Source: Rhizodiscina lignyota (taxonomy: Eukaryota). From it: a DNA stretch of 64,000 nt. Below the pieces are notes generated by a model. The model was given only the letters and a program-made list of their open reading frames with translations, made no database searches and was not told the DNA's origin. The DNA lies in NCBI GenBank assembly GCA_010015805.1, contig ML978123.1, positions 1,178,001 to 1,242,000 on the forward strand, given 5' to 3'. The translations under genes were made by a program, and so were the position numbers. Positions 1 through 12,746 of the stretch are shown here, one piece after another (position 1 is the stretch's first letter; each line of letters starts with the position of its first letter).

Positions 1-75
1 TGTAGAGCCATTCTGATAATATGCGGTGCCGGAGTCTGCGGAGGCGAAGTATCGAGCTACTTCGCCCAGCACCAT
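1..75 (-). CDS. possible 5' end of a gene running off the left edge (MVLGEVARYFASADSGTAYYQNGST...)
   Basis: ATG at 75 opens 25 stop-free codons to the window edge, after a pyrimidine-rich leader. Too short to identify. Confidence 0.25.
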   Translation of the reverse strand, partial: MVLGEVARYFASADSGTAYYQNGST

Positions 76-1059
76 GAAGGCTCACGGATAGGCGCGTTCA
101 GAGCTGCCAGAAATTTCTCCACTGGCAGGCTTTGGTGTGAAAAGAGGCGTATCCAGAGAAGAGGATGAGGGAGGTGGAGAGCACGCTTGCGCGATGAGAG
201 GCCTTAGTTGTCTGATAATGTTCGTTGCGGAAAACGCGTCTTTGTTGAGCTTCGGAATTTTTTCGTTCGGCGACAAGGCAAACTCCGATCGGGTCTCGTC
301 TCGTGTGCTCTAACACCAAACTGAGCGTGTGCAAGCTCAACTTCCCATCCATAACCTGTCTCCTTGGAGAATTCAGACAAGAACCCAAAGCTATTACTCG
401 ATAGCTTCCATAAGCTATTCTATTCAGTCAATTTCTAAAATCCTCATGCATCTTTGGCCTTGTACCCCAGAATCTCCTACCAATCAAGACTTCAATATTC
501 AGACCAGCAATTTCAAGCACAGTATCTCACAACTTAAAATCTTGCATTCCACTTTAAAAGTAGTGTCTCTGTCTTCTGACATCTGTGTCTAAAGACATAC
601 CGATTGCAATTAACTGTCTGCGAACTGTTGGTGGAGGTGTTCGTGTGCCAGGGCCAGCCCATCAGCAGCTTCAACGGCCACATGACAAAAGGGAGACTGC
701 TGTCTGGCAATTGCCAGCAATCGGAAGGGCAAAAGCTCGAGGAATTTCACACAAACCTGCAAGCGGCCTCTGGTCTTCTCCAAGCTGAATTCGCAGCGCC
801 GGCGATGACGAAAGGATTCCGCGAGCCAATCATGGCTGGAACAGGTTAAAATGGGTGGCTAGCGCCCCAGCCATTCTGTTTATTTACCAACGCCCCGTCG
901 CTCCCGCACGACGTCCAGCTCCGTCCCACTTACAAGTCCACCACCGCGCTCATCAACTGCCATCCCAGCATCCATCACCAAAAATCCATATTCACACCCA
1001 AATATCCATCTCATTGTGATCGCCTCAGTTACGCGACTCCATCGAAGCTAATTTCAACC

Positions 1060-2182
1060 ATGTCGGCCTGGCTGCAGAAGCAGAAGAAGGGCGAGCTTCA
1101 GGACTACGCGAAGAAGATTGGTGTCGCTGAGTACGTGCAATTTGCGCACCTTGAGCAACTCCGTACAAACAACATAAAATTACTAATGCGACAGTGACAG
1201 CTCTGATGAGATGCTCAAGGAAGAGCTCGTTACCAACATCGACCAGTCCTTGCGCGCCAACGAGACCAGGTTCTCCAGCGATCCCACCTTTACCGAGTTC
1301 TACGCTCGCAGTTCACCCGTTAAGAAGGACAAAGGCACAGCCGCTGCAGCGGATGGAGAGAAGAAGCCGCGCCAGCGCAAGCAGTCCTTGAAGGTCAAGG
1401 AGGAACAGGATGCGGTGTAAGTCTTGAATGTTTATCCAATGCGCTCACGCGCACAACGCTGACGCGCCAACCACAGGAGCGATTCTACTCCAGACAAGGC
1501 GAAAGCACTAGCTGCGCGAACTCCGAGAGCAGTACAACGCGTCGCGTCGCGCGTTCCGCTTCCACCTTCGCCGGCCGTCGTCACGGACGCTATTGATCGC
1601 CAGACTGAAATCATCAGGCGGAGGGTCAGCTCAGCATGGGAAAAGTCCGGGGTTGATGAATCTGTGGAATGGATTCGCGAGTTTTTGAGCAGCGTTGAAG
1701 GCATAAGCCTCTGCACGCTCCTCTTGGAGGCGCTTTTCCTCCGCAGGGAGACCATGCCTTGGCGATTTGCGTTCAGGATGAGGGCAACACCACTTACACC
1801 AGCATTTGACGTCAAATGCCCCGACTTCTTTGTTCTGGTGGCAGAATCCTTCTGGGGGCCGACTCTGCTTTGGTTGACTACGAGCTTGCTCGCACCTAGT
1901 GCCGTCGCATACTTCGTCAACCTGACCAAGTCAAAGAGGGACGGCGTGACTACTCGACGCGCCAGTAAAGCTTCCTATCCGTTCGATCCGCTGACCTTCA
2001 ATATTGCCAAAGCACTGATCTCATGGATGGTCTATTCCCAAGGATTCTACTTCTGGGGCCTGACATCAGATGTAACCGCAAGCCGTGTCAATGTCTCCCT
2101 TCCGGCAGGCTACACGACCATCCTGATTGGATCTGGCATTGGCATCTTGGTCAGCCTGTACGAGGCGATTCTAAAGAAATAA
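1060..2182 (+). CDS. hypothetical membrane protein, 2 introns
   Basis: ccATG at 1060 (MSAWLQKQKKGELQDYAKKIGV). Introns GTACGT..TACTAAT..CAG (~1132-1194) and GTAAGT..GCTGAC..CAG (~1417-1476) join ORFs 1211-1420 and 1664-2182. The C-terminus has about 3-4 hydrophobic segments. Confidence 0.7.
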
Positions 2183-2836
2183 GAAATTGGAAAGCATCCT
2201 GAACATTGGACGGATTGATATCGCACGTTGTTACGAAAATTGCTAGGTAATGTGGGACGGTTGGGTTTTCATTGTTTCCTTGGTCCATTCTTGGGTACCG
2301 ACTGGCATTCCTGGTTAGGGCACTGGTATTCACTTCAGATGACCAGGGGATCTCGTCAGGTTTGGGTGGAGACGATGGCGTTGATGGCGTTGGGGCAGAT
2401 ACCATCGTCAAGGAGGCTTGCTGGTCGATTCAATTTCCTTATGGGCTGCTGTATGGCATTTTATCTTAGATATGACGTTCGAATCCAGATACTATCCAAC
2501 GAGCTATCATCCGAGTTGACTTTGCCTTTCCGTTATGACTCGTGAGTCCCGCGCTTTGTGCCCGAACCTTGCCAAGCCAGAGTCATATTTTGCCCCACTG
2601 CGACAGCCTCAGAAATTCCGAACCTTAAACAATTCCATTCCACAATTCAATCAAATCACCTTTGCAGAATATCTGCAAACATCTCGAATCGAAACCACCT
2701 CTGAAGACACCCAGCGAACCAGCACGCGCTCATACACTTCGGCATCAGAACAACTGCGCCGCATAGCCAAATCACTGCACCCCACAGCGGGACCAAATTC
2801 GAGCCTGACCAGTCCTCTTCATCACATATCGCCACC

Positions 2837-3900
2837 ATGTCGTTAACAAACTGTCGGTTCTACGAGGAGAAGTACCCAGAAGTGGAGAGCTTCGTGATGG
2901 TCAACGTGAAGCAGGTATGCCGACATAATGCCTACATACTCACTCTTGTCATTGACGACTGGTCGCGTGCAGATCGCAGAGATGGGCGCGTACGTAAAGC
3001 TACTCGAATATGACAACATCGACGGCATGATTCTCCTCAGCGAACTGTCAAGAAGGCGAATAAGAAGTATCCAGAAGCTCATCCGAGTCGGAAGGAACGA
3101 GGTTGTCGTTGTGCTGAGGGTGGACAAGGAGAAGGGTGAGTCACTTATTGTGCAAAGGAGAGGAGAGATAGTAGCGAAGAATGAATGCTAATTGCATGAT
3201 GTCTACAGGCTACATCGATTTGTCGAAACGTCGTGTCTCCCCCGAAGATGTCGTCCGCTGCGAAGACCGCTACAACAAGTCAAAAATGGTGCACTCAATA
3301 ATGCGTCACGTTGCTGAGAAGACGAACACGCCGATAGAAGAGCTGTACAAGGCGATCGGATGGCCGCTGAACAAGAAATACGGTCATGCCGTGGACGCGT
3401 TCAAACTGTCAATCACAAACCCAGACGTCTGGAAGGAAGTCGAGTTCCCCAACGATGTCGTGAAGGATGAGCTTATATCATACATCGGGAAGCGCTTGAC
3501 GCCTCAACCGACAAAGGTTCGTGCCGACGTGGAGGTCACCTGCTTTGGTTACGACGGCATCGATGCCGTGAAGGCAGCACTGAGGACGGCCGAGGCGAAG
3601 AATACTGTGGAAACGCAGGTCAAGGTCAAGCTGGTATCGCCGCCGCTGTATGTGCTTACGAGTCAGTGTCTGGACAAGACGATTGGAATCTCTACACTGG
3701 AAGAAGCCATCGGAGAGATTGAGAAGAGCATCAAGGCAGCTGGAGGAAACCTGTCGGTCAAGATGGCACCAAAGGCTGTCACCGAGAGTGATGATGCGGA
3801 ACTGCAGGCGCTGATGGACAAGCGAGAGAGAGAGAACCAGGAGGTTAGTGGAGACGAGGATGAGAGCGAGAGCGACGATGCAGTCGTTGCAGAGGCATGA
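2837..3900 (+). CDS. SUI2: translation initiation factor eIF2 alpha subunit
   Basis: [61 protein letters not shown] (Ser51 loop), [12 protein letters not shown]; 2 introns. Confidence 0.97.
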
Positions 3901-4278
3901 AATGGGGGTTCAAAAGCTTCTATGATCAATTGAGCATCGCGAGGCAATGGTATAGCCCTGTCACAGTATCACGGGAATATATCTTAGGCGTACAAAACTG
4001 CGACAGGAGCAGTTCGGAATTTTATCTATCTCATCCAATGCATTGACATGTGGCTGAAGCTCCCCTTGGCACATGCAAAGTGGCTTGCAGCTCCCCGCGT
4101 CATTGCTTGGTATTGCCAACCTTTCCCACTTCTGCTCGTATATACGCCCGACCTCTCCGTAACCTTCTCCTAACTTTCTATAGTGCTTCAATTGATCAAT
4201 TGGGCTTCCTTTGAATCTCCCATATTCCTCGTCCCCATCTCTGCCGTCATACAGTGGTGTTCCTGAAGTGCCGCAGTC

Positions 4279-6407
4279 ATGGTTCGATGGGGGAGACTGC
4301 TCAACTGGGATGGACGCGACCACCGCGGCTTTCACGATGAGTTTAGATCACGTATGATATTTTTGTCCTCCTCTCCAGGCTAGAACATTCGCTGAAGCTC
4401 ACACCGAATAGTTTTACCTACGACCCGCGAATCCCTCCCGCCTTCACCAATCCCGCCGAAGGAAGTCACCAAAGTCGCCCTCCGTCTTAAGCACCAAGTT
4501 GAAAGCGTGATACCATGCGAGCTGGAAGAAGACAAGATCACAGCACCTCACAGTCAAGTCATTACTGCTGCTGTCATCGAGACCGCCAAGAGCGCCGGGG
4601 GCGACGAGTATAGAGCCTGTGTCGTATATTGCCTCCTGATCGTGAAAAAATGGTTTAGAAAGCAGGCGCAGCTCGAGCTATGGGATGCTGATATGCATAA
4701 TGTGAGGGCGATTGCGTGTGAGATGATTGCGAAGCACATCATCGAAGGGGAGGAAGACCAGAACTATCTGCTCGGAGACGTGCTGCTCAAGCGCTACGCA
4801 ATGTGGGTCAACGGCGAGGAGACAAAGCCTGCGAATGCCATAGAAAGAGCTGTGGACCTGCACGCGTTGATGGTCATTGGTTCGTCTGGGTACCAGCGAT
4901 GTATTTCGTACCTCTGGAGGGGTTGGCTTGTACAGGACGACGACGACCCATCACGGTTCATCGACTACGCGGAGAAGGTCAACCCCTCATACTGGGCCCA
5001 CCTCGACCCTGATCGAATGCGGGTGCCCATGTACCAAAATACCGTGCAGATTGCCTTCTCGGTCATCTATCTTGCCCTGTATACTGGCGCGATCAACACT
5101 GTCAATCCGACGGGCGACATCGATGTGGTCGAAGGAATACTGTACATTTTCACCTTTGGCTTCATTTGTGACGAGGCGTCCAAGTTCTGGAAGATTGGCC
5201 GGTATTACATTGGCTTTTGGAACACTTTCAACCTCACGTTATACACCCTTCTCACCGTCTCTTTGGTCATGCGGATCATTGCTCTCACGCACTCGATGGA
5301 CACCCCTGACGAGCGCGGCTTCCGGCACAAGTACAATGAGCTTAGCTATAACTTCCTGGCTTTCTCAGCGCCGCTGTTCTGGGGCCGCTTACTACTCTAT
5401 CTGGATACCTTCCGCTTCTTTGGAGCGATGCTGGTTGTCCTGAAAGTCATGATGAAAGAGAGTTTGATCTTTTTCGCATTGCTCATCCTCATTCTGGTCG
5501 GCTTCTTGCAGGCGTTCATTGGCATGGACCAGGTTGACAATAATTTGGACTCTGCAAGTTTCATCATACAAGCCATGGCGAATGCTATTATGCAGTCCCC
5601 CGACTTTGATGGGTTCGATCGTTATGCGGTAAGTCCCTGGCCGAATTGATGCTTTTGTAACGATGCTGATGTCTACACAGCCGCCTTTTGGACTGATTCT
5701 CTACTACATCTATACGTTTGTCATTATGGTCGTTCTATTGAACATCCTCATTGCGTTATACAACAGCGCATACGAAGACATTACGGACAATGCTGTGGAT
5801 GAATACATGGCGTTGGTGAGTTTCGATATCCACCTCTTAGCACCTCATCATGTTCGCTTACCAGATGCCGTTAGTTTTCCCAAAAGACCATGCAGTTCGT
5901 CCGTGCCCCAGATGAGAACGTCTTCATCGCTCGTAAGCCACCCATTACCCTTCTCCTCCTAGTACTCTAACAAACAAACAACCAGCATTTAACCTAATCG
6001 AAATGTTCTGCCTCATTCTCCCCTTCGAATGGTGGATGCCGCGCTACCGCTATCAACGCCTGAACGACTTCGTCATGGGCGTCCTCTACTCTCCACTTCT
6101 CCTCATAACCGCAGCCATGGAAACTCGCTCCGCAGCCATGGTGCGCCGCAACCGCGGGCGTGCTGCGCGCCTGGCGTCGCGTATGCCTGATCGGGAGTGG
6201 GATGTACCCGACGACGATGAGGTTGATGAATGGGAGGAGATGGAGGGCGAGATTGACTTTGAGGGCGAGGGCTGGGCGAAGAAGGTCCAGGAGACGAGCC
6301 CCAATGTCTCAGAAAGTAAGGAGCTGGTGGAGTTGGTGGAGCTGAGGAAGGAGTTAGAGGAGTTGAAGAGGATGGTTGAGAGACTGAGTCCTGAGCCGGG
6401 AAGTTGA
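4279..6407 (+). CDS. YVC1: vacuolar TRP cation channel
   Basis: ORFs 4507-5649, 5663-5962 and 6003-6407 are joined by introns. Motifs LLLYLDTFRFFGAMLVVLKVMMKES and VVLLNILIALYNSAYEDITDNA; C-terminal coiled coil. Confidence 0.93.
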
Positions 6408-7003
6408 GAGGACATGCGTAATCTGAGAGGTTAAAAAAGTGATCCTTGGTCTCGAGTCGTATTGGTTTTGTTCCATTCTCTTACGAGCGTGGCGTTGAGG
6501 GTTTCTAATCCTGCATATCGGAGTTGTCGGTCTCATAGCATTCTCAAGGGTAACACTGCACTTATTTCAACTGTGGTTGACAGCTTATCCTGTTAATAAT
6601 GAAGCTCGTCAGTCCGCAATCTCGTACCTCAATTACACGTACAGAGCTCGCCATGACCTGCCTAATTGGACGCCGACAATTTCATGTCTTCGAGTTGATA
6701 ATGTAGGTCGAATTCTCTGACAGAGCGACAGCTAACAACACCTGGTGTTCTACGCACTTCAGTCAGAAACTGTAAAGGAGAGTCTCCACAGAATTGAACT
6801 TGCGTTGAATGATAGGTTTGATTGTTTTAGAAGCATCGATCTGAGTCCTGAAAAATGGAGGCTGGCGGAGGTGGGTGCCTACTCGCACGTTGACGACTCC
6901 GCGGATAGCGTTTCACATCTGGCAGTATTATTTTCTTCGCAATTTCCGCGGCCAAGTTGCTACATCACAACAATTTGGCTCTGAGATCGTTGTTGGATCT
7001 CAG

Positions 7004-7011
7004 TATATAAA
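7004..7011 (+). promoter_or_regulatory. TATA box (TATATAAA) of the orphan gene at 7152
   Basis: Consensus TATA followed by a CT-rich tract ~140 nt upstream of an acaATG. Confidence 0.5.
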
Positions 7012-7151
7012 GCTCCATTTCTCCCACACAACCTTCTCTAAACAACCTTCTTCCTCCTCCGCTTCCACCCATACAACCAACAACCTCTGTCATCAGCACG
7101 CCCAGACATCCTCTTTTTTTTTTTTCAAACAGAACCGCGCCTAACATCACA

Positions 7152-7921
7152 ATGGAAGAGCTCGGAGATGCCTCTACCACTCTCGCCGTCAGTTATCCAC
7201 CTCGCTCGTCGTCGCTCCAGGCTAGACACCACCCGCAATTCACCCAGCCACACGCAGTACCCGTCAAGCGACATATCCAGCTGTTCGAGGATGTCATGAA
7301 ACTAGTCGACCGTCCAGTCAATGCTCTTCAGCATATGTTTGTGCCGGAAGAAGAGATCACCCTCATCCAGGAGTACGTGAAAGAAGAGCTCATTCCAGAC
7401 AAGAGCGCACTGGAGAACCCCATTACACGCGTGGTAAGCGAAACAGACTCCGATCTTGATAGAACAGTTACAGCGATTACGTTAACGCATAGAAAGTCTA
7501 CACCAGCGCTTTGAAATGGGCGCGTGCGGTGCGTTGTTTCCGCACGATCGAGCAGCTGGAAAACGACATCAACCGCTCTGAAATCGGCGAGTCCGCGAAG
7601 CGTGGAATGCTGTACAGGAAGCTGGACGTTCTGCGTCCAATCCTCAACATGCAGCTGCGCTACGCTGTTCCTGACCTGCTTGCGATCCGGGATGTGACCA
7701 GTGTGGCACTGTGGCGAGAGGACTCGGCGGGGCGTACGCCGGCCGAGGTGAATAGCTACATGCATGCTTTAAGAACGGCCAAGCTGTTCGCGATCTTGGA
7801 GGAGATCGATGAGTTGGGGGAGGATGAGGACGCTGAAGAGATGGAAAGGAAGCATGTGGTGCTGGAGGAGAAGAAAGCAGCCGTAGTGCTTGAGCTACGT
7901 GACTTGGAAAGCTATGCATAG
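7152..7921 (+). CDS. orphan hypothetical protein (~236 aa), 1 intron
   Basis: Intron GTAAGC..GTTAAC..TAG (7434-7492) joins ORFs 7152-7514 and 7511-7921 in frame. Acidic/coiled-coil C-terminus. Confidence 0.6.
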
Positions 7922-8610
7922 TGTGAAGTGAGCTTAAGTAGAGGATAATGAAGACATTCAAGAACTTCCATCAATGCTTTCACGGACTTCGAAGAGGGTA
8001 TTCTTCCAATTGAAATGCTCAACATCATTGCATTTAGACGGCATAAACATCTCCTCCAGGGCTTAGGGGGATAGAGATCAAATGTATGATGGACCACGGT
8101 TAGAGCAAAACTCCTTGTGGGACACTGATATGGTGTAGCAGTTCGCCTCGACACTATAACTACTCCCACAGCGGCCGATCCCGTTTTCGGTTCCTGCCGC
8201 ACGACTTCGATTCCTTCATCAACTCTCACAGATTTATGACCCACCATCCATCAGCTCCCTTGATAGCATATGGTAAGACACAGCATGGAGCGGCACGTTC
8301 CCAAAAGCGCGGAACCTGATCTTCAAGCGCGGGATAGCGGCGTTTTGCATAAATGCATGCCTGCAAGGCGGTCCACGGGGGGTACAAGCGGCACCTATCA
8401 CGAGCAAATCAACTGCCGCTATGCTTTCTAGCAAGCCTCAACACACAGGCCAGAGCATTCTAGTTGATGTACCTACGTCGGACTCTTTCCTTTTGCTGAT
8501 TTGCTGGCATTCTGACCTTGCCCATGCCCTTATCTTCCCTTGTCATCTTCCCCATTTTCTTCAATCTCACATCCTCCACTTTCTAAGCGGGCCCTGTTCT
8601 CTCTTTCAAA

Positions 8611-10486
8611 ATGCCATTGCAACAGGACCAATTGGCCGGGCTTGAGGCCATTGAACTCAAAGAACCGATCAAAACGTCAACCGAACAGAAAGATGGTCTC
8701 GGACCAGCATCTCCAGAAGGCGAATACGCTGAGGCCTACGAGTCTTATTTCGGCGATACCCAGCAGGACATTACGGACATGCAAAGACTGGGCAAAAAGC
8801 AATTATTCAAGCGAAATTTCTCCTTCGTCTCGACGCTCGGCTTCATATCAATCTACATGGCCACATGGGAATTCGTTCTTGTTTCGCTTGCTTTGGGCTT
8901 GCTGAACGGTGGCTTCGGTGGCCTGTTTTGGACTTTCATAGTGACTGTGCTTTGCTATAGCACCATTGTTGCTTCTCTGGCGGAAATGGAATCTATGGTG
9001 AGTCAATGGTCGTACATGATATCACTTGTGTTCGCCGTTATCGCTATGTTAAGCCCGTTAAGTCTTATGGCTTCCACGTTTCTTTTAGCGCTAGACGCAT
9101 TTGGGCAGGACAGCTGAAACAACCACGTCACTGTGTCTTCAGATTAGACTGTTTAATAGTGCTAATATGTTATAGGCTCCGACTTCCGGAGGTCAATATC
9201 ACTGGGTCAGTGAATTCGCGCCTGAAAAGTACCAGAAGTTCCTCAGTTACTCCTCTGGATGGATGAGCACGCTTGGGTGGCTAGCAAGCACCGCGAGTTC
9301 CGTATTCGTGTGCACTACCTTAATCCAGAGTCTGATCGAGGTCACGAATGCGGACTTTGTCTTCCCGAACTGGCAGTACACTCTTATAATGCTTGCGTTT
9401 CTGGCCGTTACGATTGTCTTCAATACATATCTGGCACAGGTTCTTCCAATGCTGGAGACTATCAGCCTAGTCGGACACGTCCTGGGTTTCTTTGTGACCC
9501 TGATTCCATTATGGGTCATGTGCCCGAAGAACAGCGCAAATGATGTCTTTGCGACCTTTGTTGATGGTGGAGGGTGGGGCAATATTGGTGTTGCTTGTCT
9601 GATTTCGCAGACCACGGTCTTGTACTGCAATTTGGGTGAGCTGATCGTATTTTGAAAGCACCTGACTGTGTGCTAATGCTGTATAGGCTCCGACAGTGTC
9701 GTTCACATTTCAGAGGAGGTAGAAGATGCTTCCCTTACAGTTCCGCGAGTCATGTGGTGGTCATTCTGGCTCAATCTAGCCATGGGCATTGTCATCCTGA
9801 TTACCATGCTGTTCTGCATCGGGCCCTTAGACGACGCTCTCAACTCCGAGGTTCCTTACCTCGCGTTATTTCAGAACTCGGGATCGAATGCTCTAGCACT
9901 TGTCCTGCTCATCATACTCTTCATCTTGATCTTCTCCGGCAATATCACTTGTCTGGCAACCGTCGCACGCGAAGTCTGGGCCTTCAGTCGCGATCATGGC
10001 TTTCCGTTTAGCCATTGGATTTCCGCGATTGAAATGAAACACCATGTTCCGTTCAATGCGGTCTATTTGGCCTCAGTTGCGTCAGGAGTCCTCTGTCTCA
10101 TCAACCTTGGCTCCACGTTTGCCTTCAATATTATTGTCTCCCTCTCTTTGCTCGCGCTGCTGTCAACGTACATGCTCTCGATTGGTAGTGTCTTTCTTCG
10201 ACGTCTGAAAGGACAGTATTTACCACCGGCGCGCTGGTCGCTTGGTAAATGGGGAATCTGGGTTAACGGCTTCGCCTTCTTCTATTGTGGATTTGCTATT
10301 GTCTGGGCGTGCTTCCCTGGCAGTCTCCCAGTTGACACAAGCAGCGCAAATTGGGCACCTGCGGTGTGGGGTGGCGTTATTGCATTGAGTATTGTGACAT
10401 ACTTCCTCCATGGGAAGAAGCACTACACGCCCCCACTCATCTTCGTCGAGGGAAAGCGGACTGGAGGCCTGCAAGGTACGGTTTAA
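8611..10486 (+). CDS. APC-family amino acid/GABA/choline permease
   Basis: DMQRLGKKQLFKRNFS, ASLAEMESM|APTSGGQYHWVSEFAP, GSDSVVHISEEVEDAS; ~12 TM segments; introns ~8998-9175 and ~9636-9686. Confidence 0.92.
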
Positions 10487-10689
10487 TACTCTGAGGGACA
10501 TGATTTGGTTATTTTCAGAGGTGGTTGGTATCCTCGAGAGCGGCATATCGAAGCAAGGACACTTTAAGGAGCGGCATTGATATTATTCATACACTTGCAG
10601 TGTGCAGTGTCTATCTTGTATATAAATATAAGCACAACGATATCCCGAACCTTTGCACACACTCCGCCAGACGCCATTCCAAGCCTTGT

Positions 10690-12074
10690 CTATGCCTTAT
10701 TCAGCTTCTCGGTCTTCTCTACCATCGCCTCAATCCAACTATTAAACTCCTTCCTTCGCTCGATAGGCATCACGTGGCTCTGTCCTTCGATGAATCTCTT
10801 GGTTATACCACTCTCTTCTCCTCCTAGATACTCTAGTAACTTCTCGCCATGGGGGAACGAGATCATGCCATCAATAGTCCCGTGAACAACAAGTATGCGC
10901 TCGCGGCCGATCTTATCCCCCAGTTCTTTCAACTGCTCGGGTGTCTTGTGATGCCAGCCTGCGGCGATGAGCTGTAGCAGGAAGCCAACACGAGTGAACC
11001 ACTCGGGGTGGTTACGCTTCATGACTTCCATTGCTGCGAAGCGATCACCATTAGTTGGAAAGGGCTCCTTGACGTATTCACATTCGTCGGGTTCGGCGAG
11101 CCATTTCAGAGTATAGCAATTCTTTTTCACATTTGAAAGTTGCTGGTCAATGGATTTGGGGATGATGAGATTTATTCGATGTCGCAGGTTCTCGACGTAG
11201 CCGACGGTGTTGAAGATATATGGTGCTGTGGAGATGAGGTTCAACGAAGCGATTCGGTCCGGTATCAGGAGGCCGAGCTCTTGACCGATCATTCCGCCCA
11301 TTGATATCCCGACAACATGCACTGATCGAGATTCCGTCCAGCCGACATGATCAAGAAGCTCGATAGCATCTCTAGCCATCTCCGACGTCGAATATCGTAT
11401 CCTGGGCTTGTCTGAATCGCCCATACCCCGGTTGTCGAAGATGAGACATGAGTATTTGTCCGCTTGGGTATGTCCGAAGTCTTTCGTCTGTCGCTGCCAG
11501 TTCGCCTTCAGGGATCCTAGGCCCATGACCCACTATTGCGCGAGACGTTACTTGTGCACTATACTACGGAATATTTCCAGGGTTGCTTGGCATCGCTCCG
11601 GACGAATGATGCCGGAAATGGGGGCGAGTTTGAAACATTTGGCGCGCGCGACGGAATGCGAGGTGTACGAGAATAGGGCTGTGGCGCTGACGGAGGAAAA
11701 ATAGAAACAGCAACACACAGTGAATGCAGAAGGGATCGAATAGCTAAAAGATGTAGAGGAGTATTTGACATACAACAATCTTGATGGGTCCGTGGCCGTG
11801 CACCTGGGTGGCATGTTAGCGGATCATGAGTATTCCGTTTCAGCTGGAGATGGAACGTCAAACCTCGTAGGCTATGTTGAAAGGCCCTCCTCTGCCTTTC
11901 GCGACAGGTAATTTGCCCTTTTGATCGGGTTCGAGATCCCATATGACATGAGGATACTCTGGATGCTCCTGTATCTGCGCCGCGGATAGCGGCGCCGAGG
12001 CAGCCCTTCGCCGGTGTTGGTGTCAGCCTTCAGCCTTTTGGATATGTGTTCAAGACGCATGTTTGGCCGTACAT
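10690..12074 (-). CDS. alpha/beta hydrolase (GxSxG nucleophile), 3 introns
   Basis: MAASAPLSAAQIQEHPEYPHVIWDLEPDQKGKLPVAKGRGGPFNIAYE|VHGHGPIKIV|WVMGLG...FDNRGMG...GISMGG. Introns 12072-12006, 11863-11804 and 11773-11533. Confidence 0.88.
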
Positions 12075-12746
12075 TGTGTATCACTTGGTCGACCGCAACG
12101 GCCTCTAGACGAAAAATAAAGTATCGAGCCGGAGCGGGATGTAGGTGGCTGTGTCGTCTTGTAGTCCGAGTGTGATCGTTACGGGGGTGGATGTGCGTGC
12201 TTCAAGAGATGACAGGACCCCCCGTCCTGAGCATAAGTAGAGAGCCAACAATGATCCTTCTACTTCGCTCTCAAGCGGTACTTGCCGTATAGCAGAATGG
12301 GGTGTTTGTTGACTAATTCCAGTGGAAGCAGTGTATTCCGAATAGATAATTAATGCGCCGGATCGGCGAGTGATTGGCGGCGCAGTGCCGCGCAGTGTCG
12401 GCGTTAAATGATATAGTGTAGCGAGCCCTGACGTCGCTGACGAATTCCGACTGTGCTCCCTGCGCTGCCTTGACCTCAGGAACCAAGCGTCGACATCACC
12501 ACCTCTCGCCATACTCACTTGTGTGCCTACCTTATACTCCGCCGTCCCTTTTGTCAGGATCGCGATGCTCCAGCGGCCGACAAACTCTCCTACAACACCG
12601 CGTTTCAGAGCCCACCTTATCACGACATCCACAACCTCGAAACAGGTCCAGCCAGCATCCCTGCACCTCTCGACACATCTGTGACTGCAGACTTTCGCCG
12701 ACCGTCATATTGCCTCGGACGGCCCTTAGAGGGCCTTCTCGCCGCC

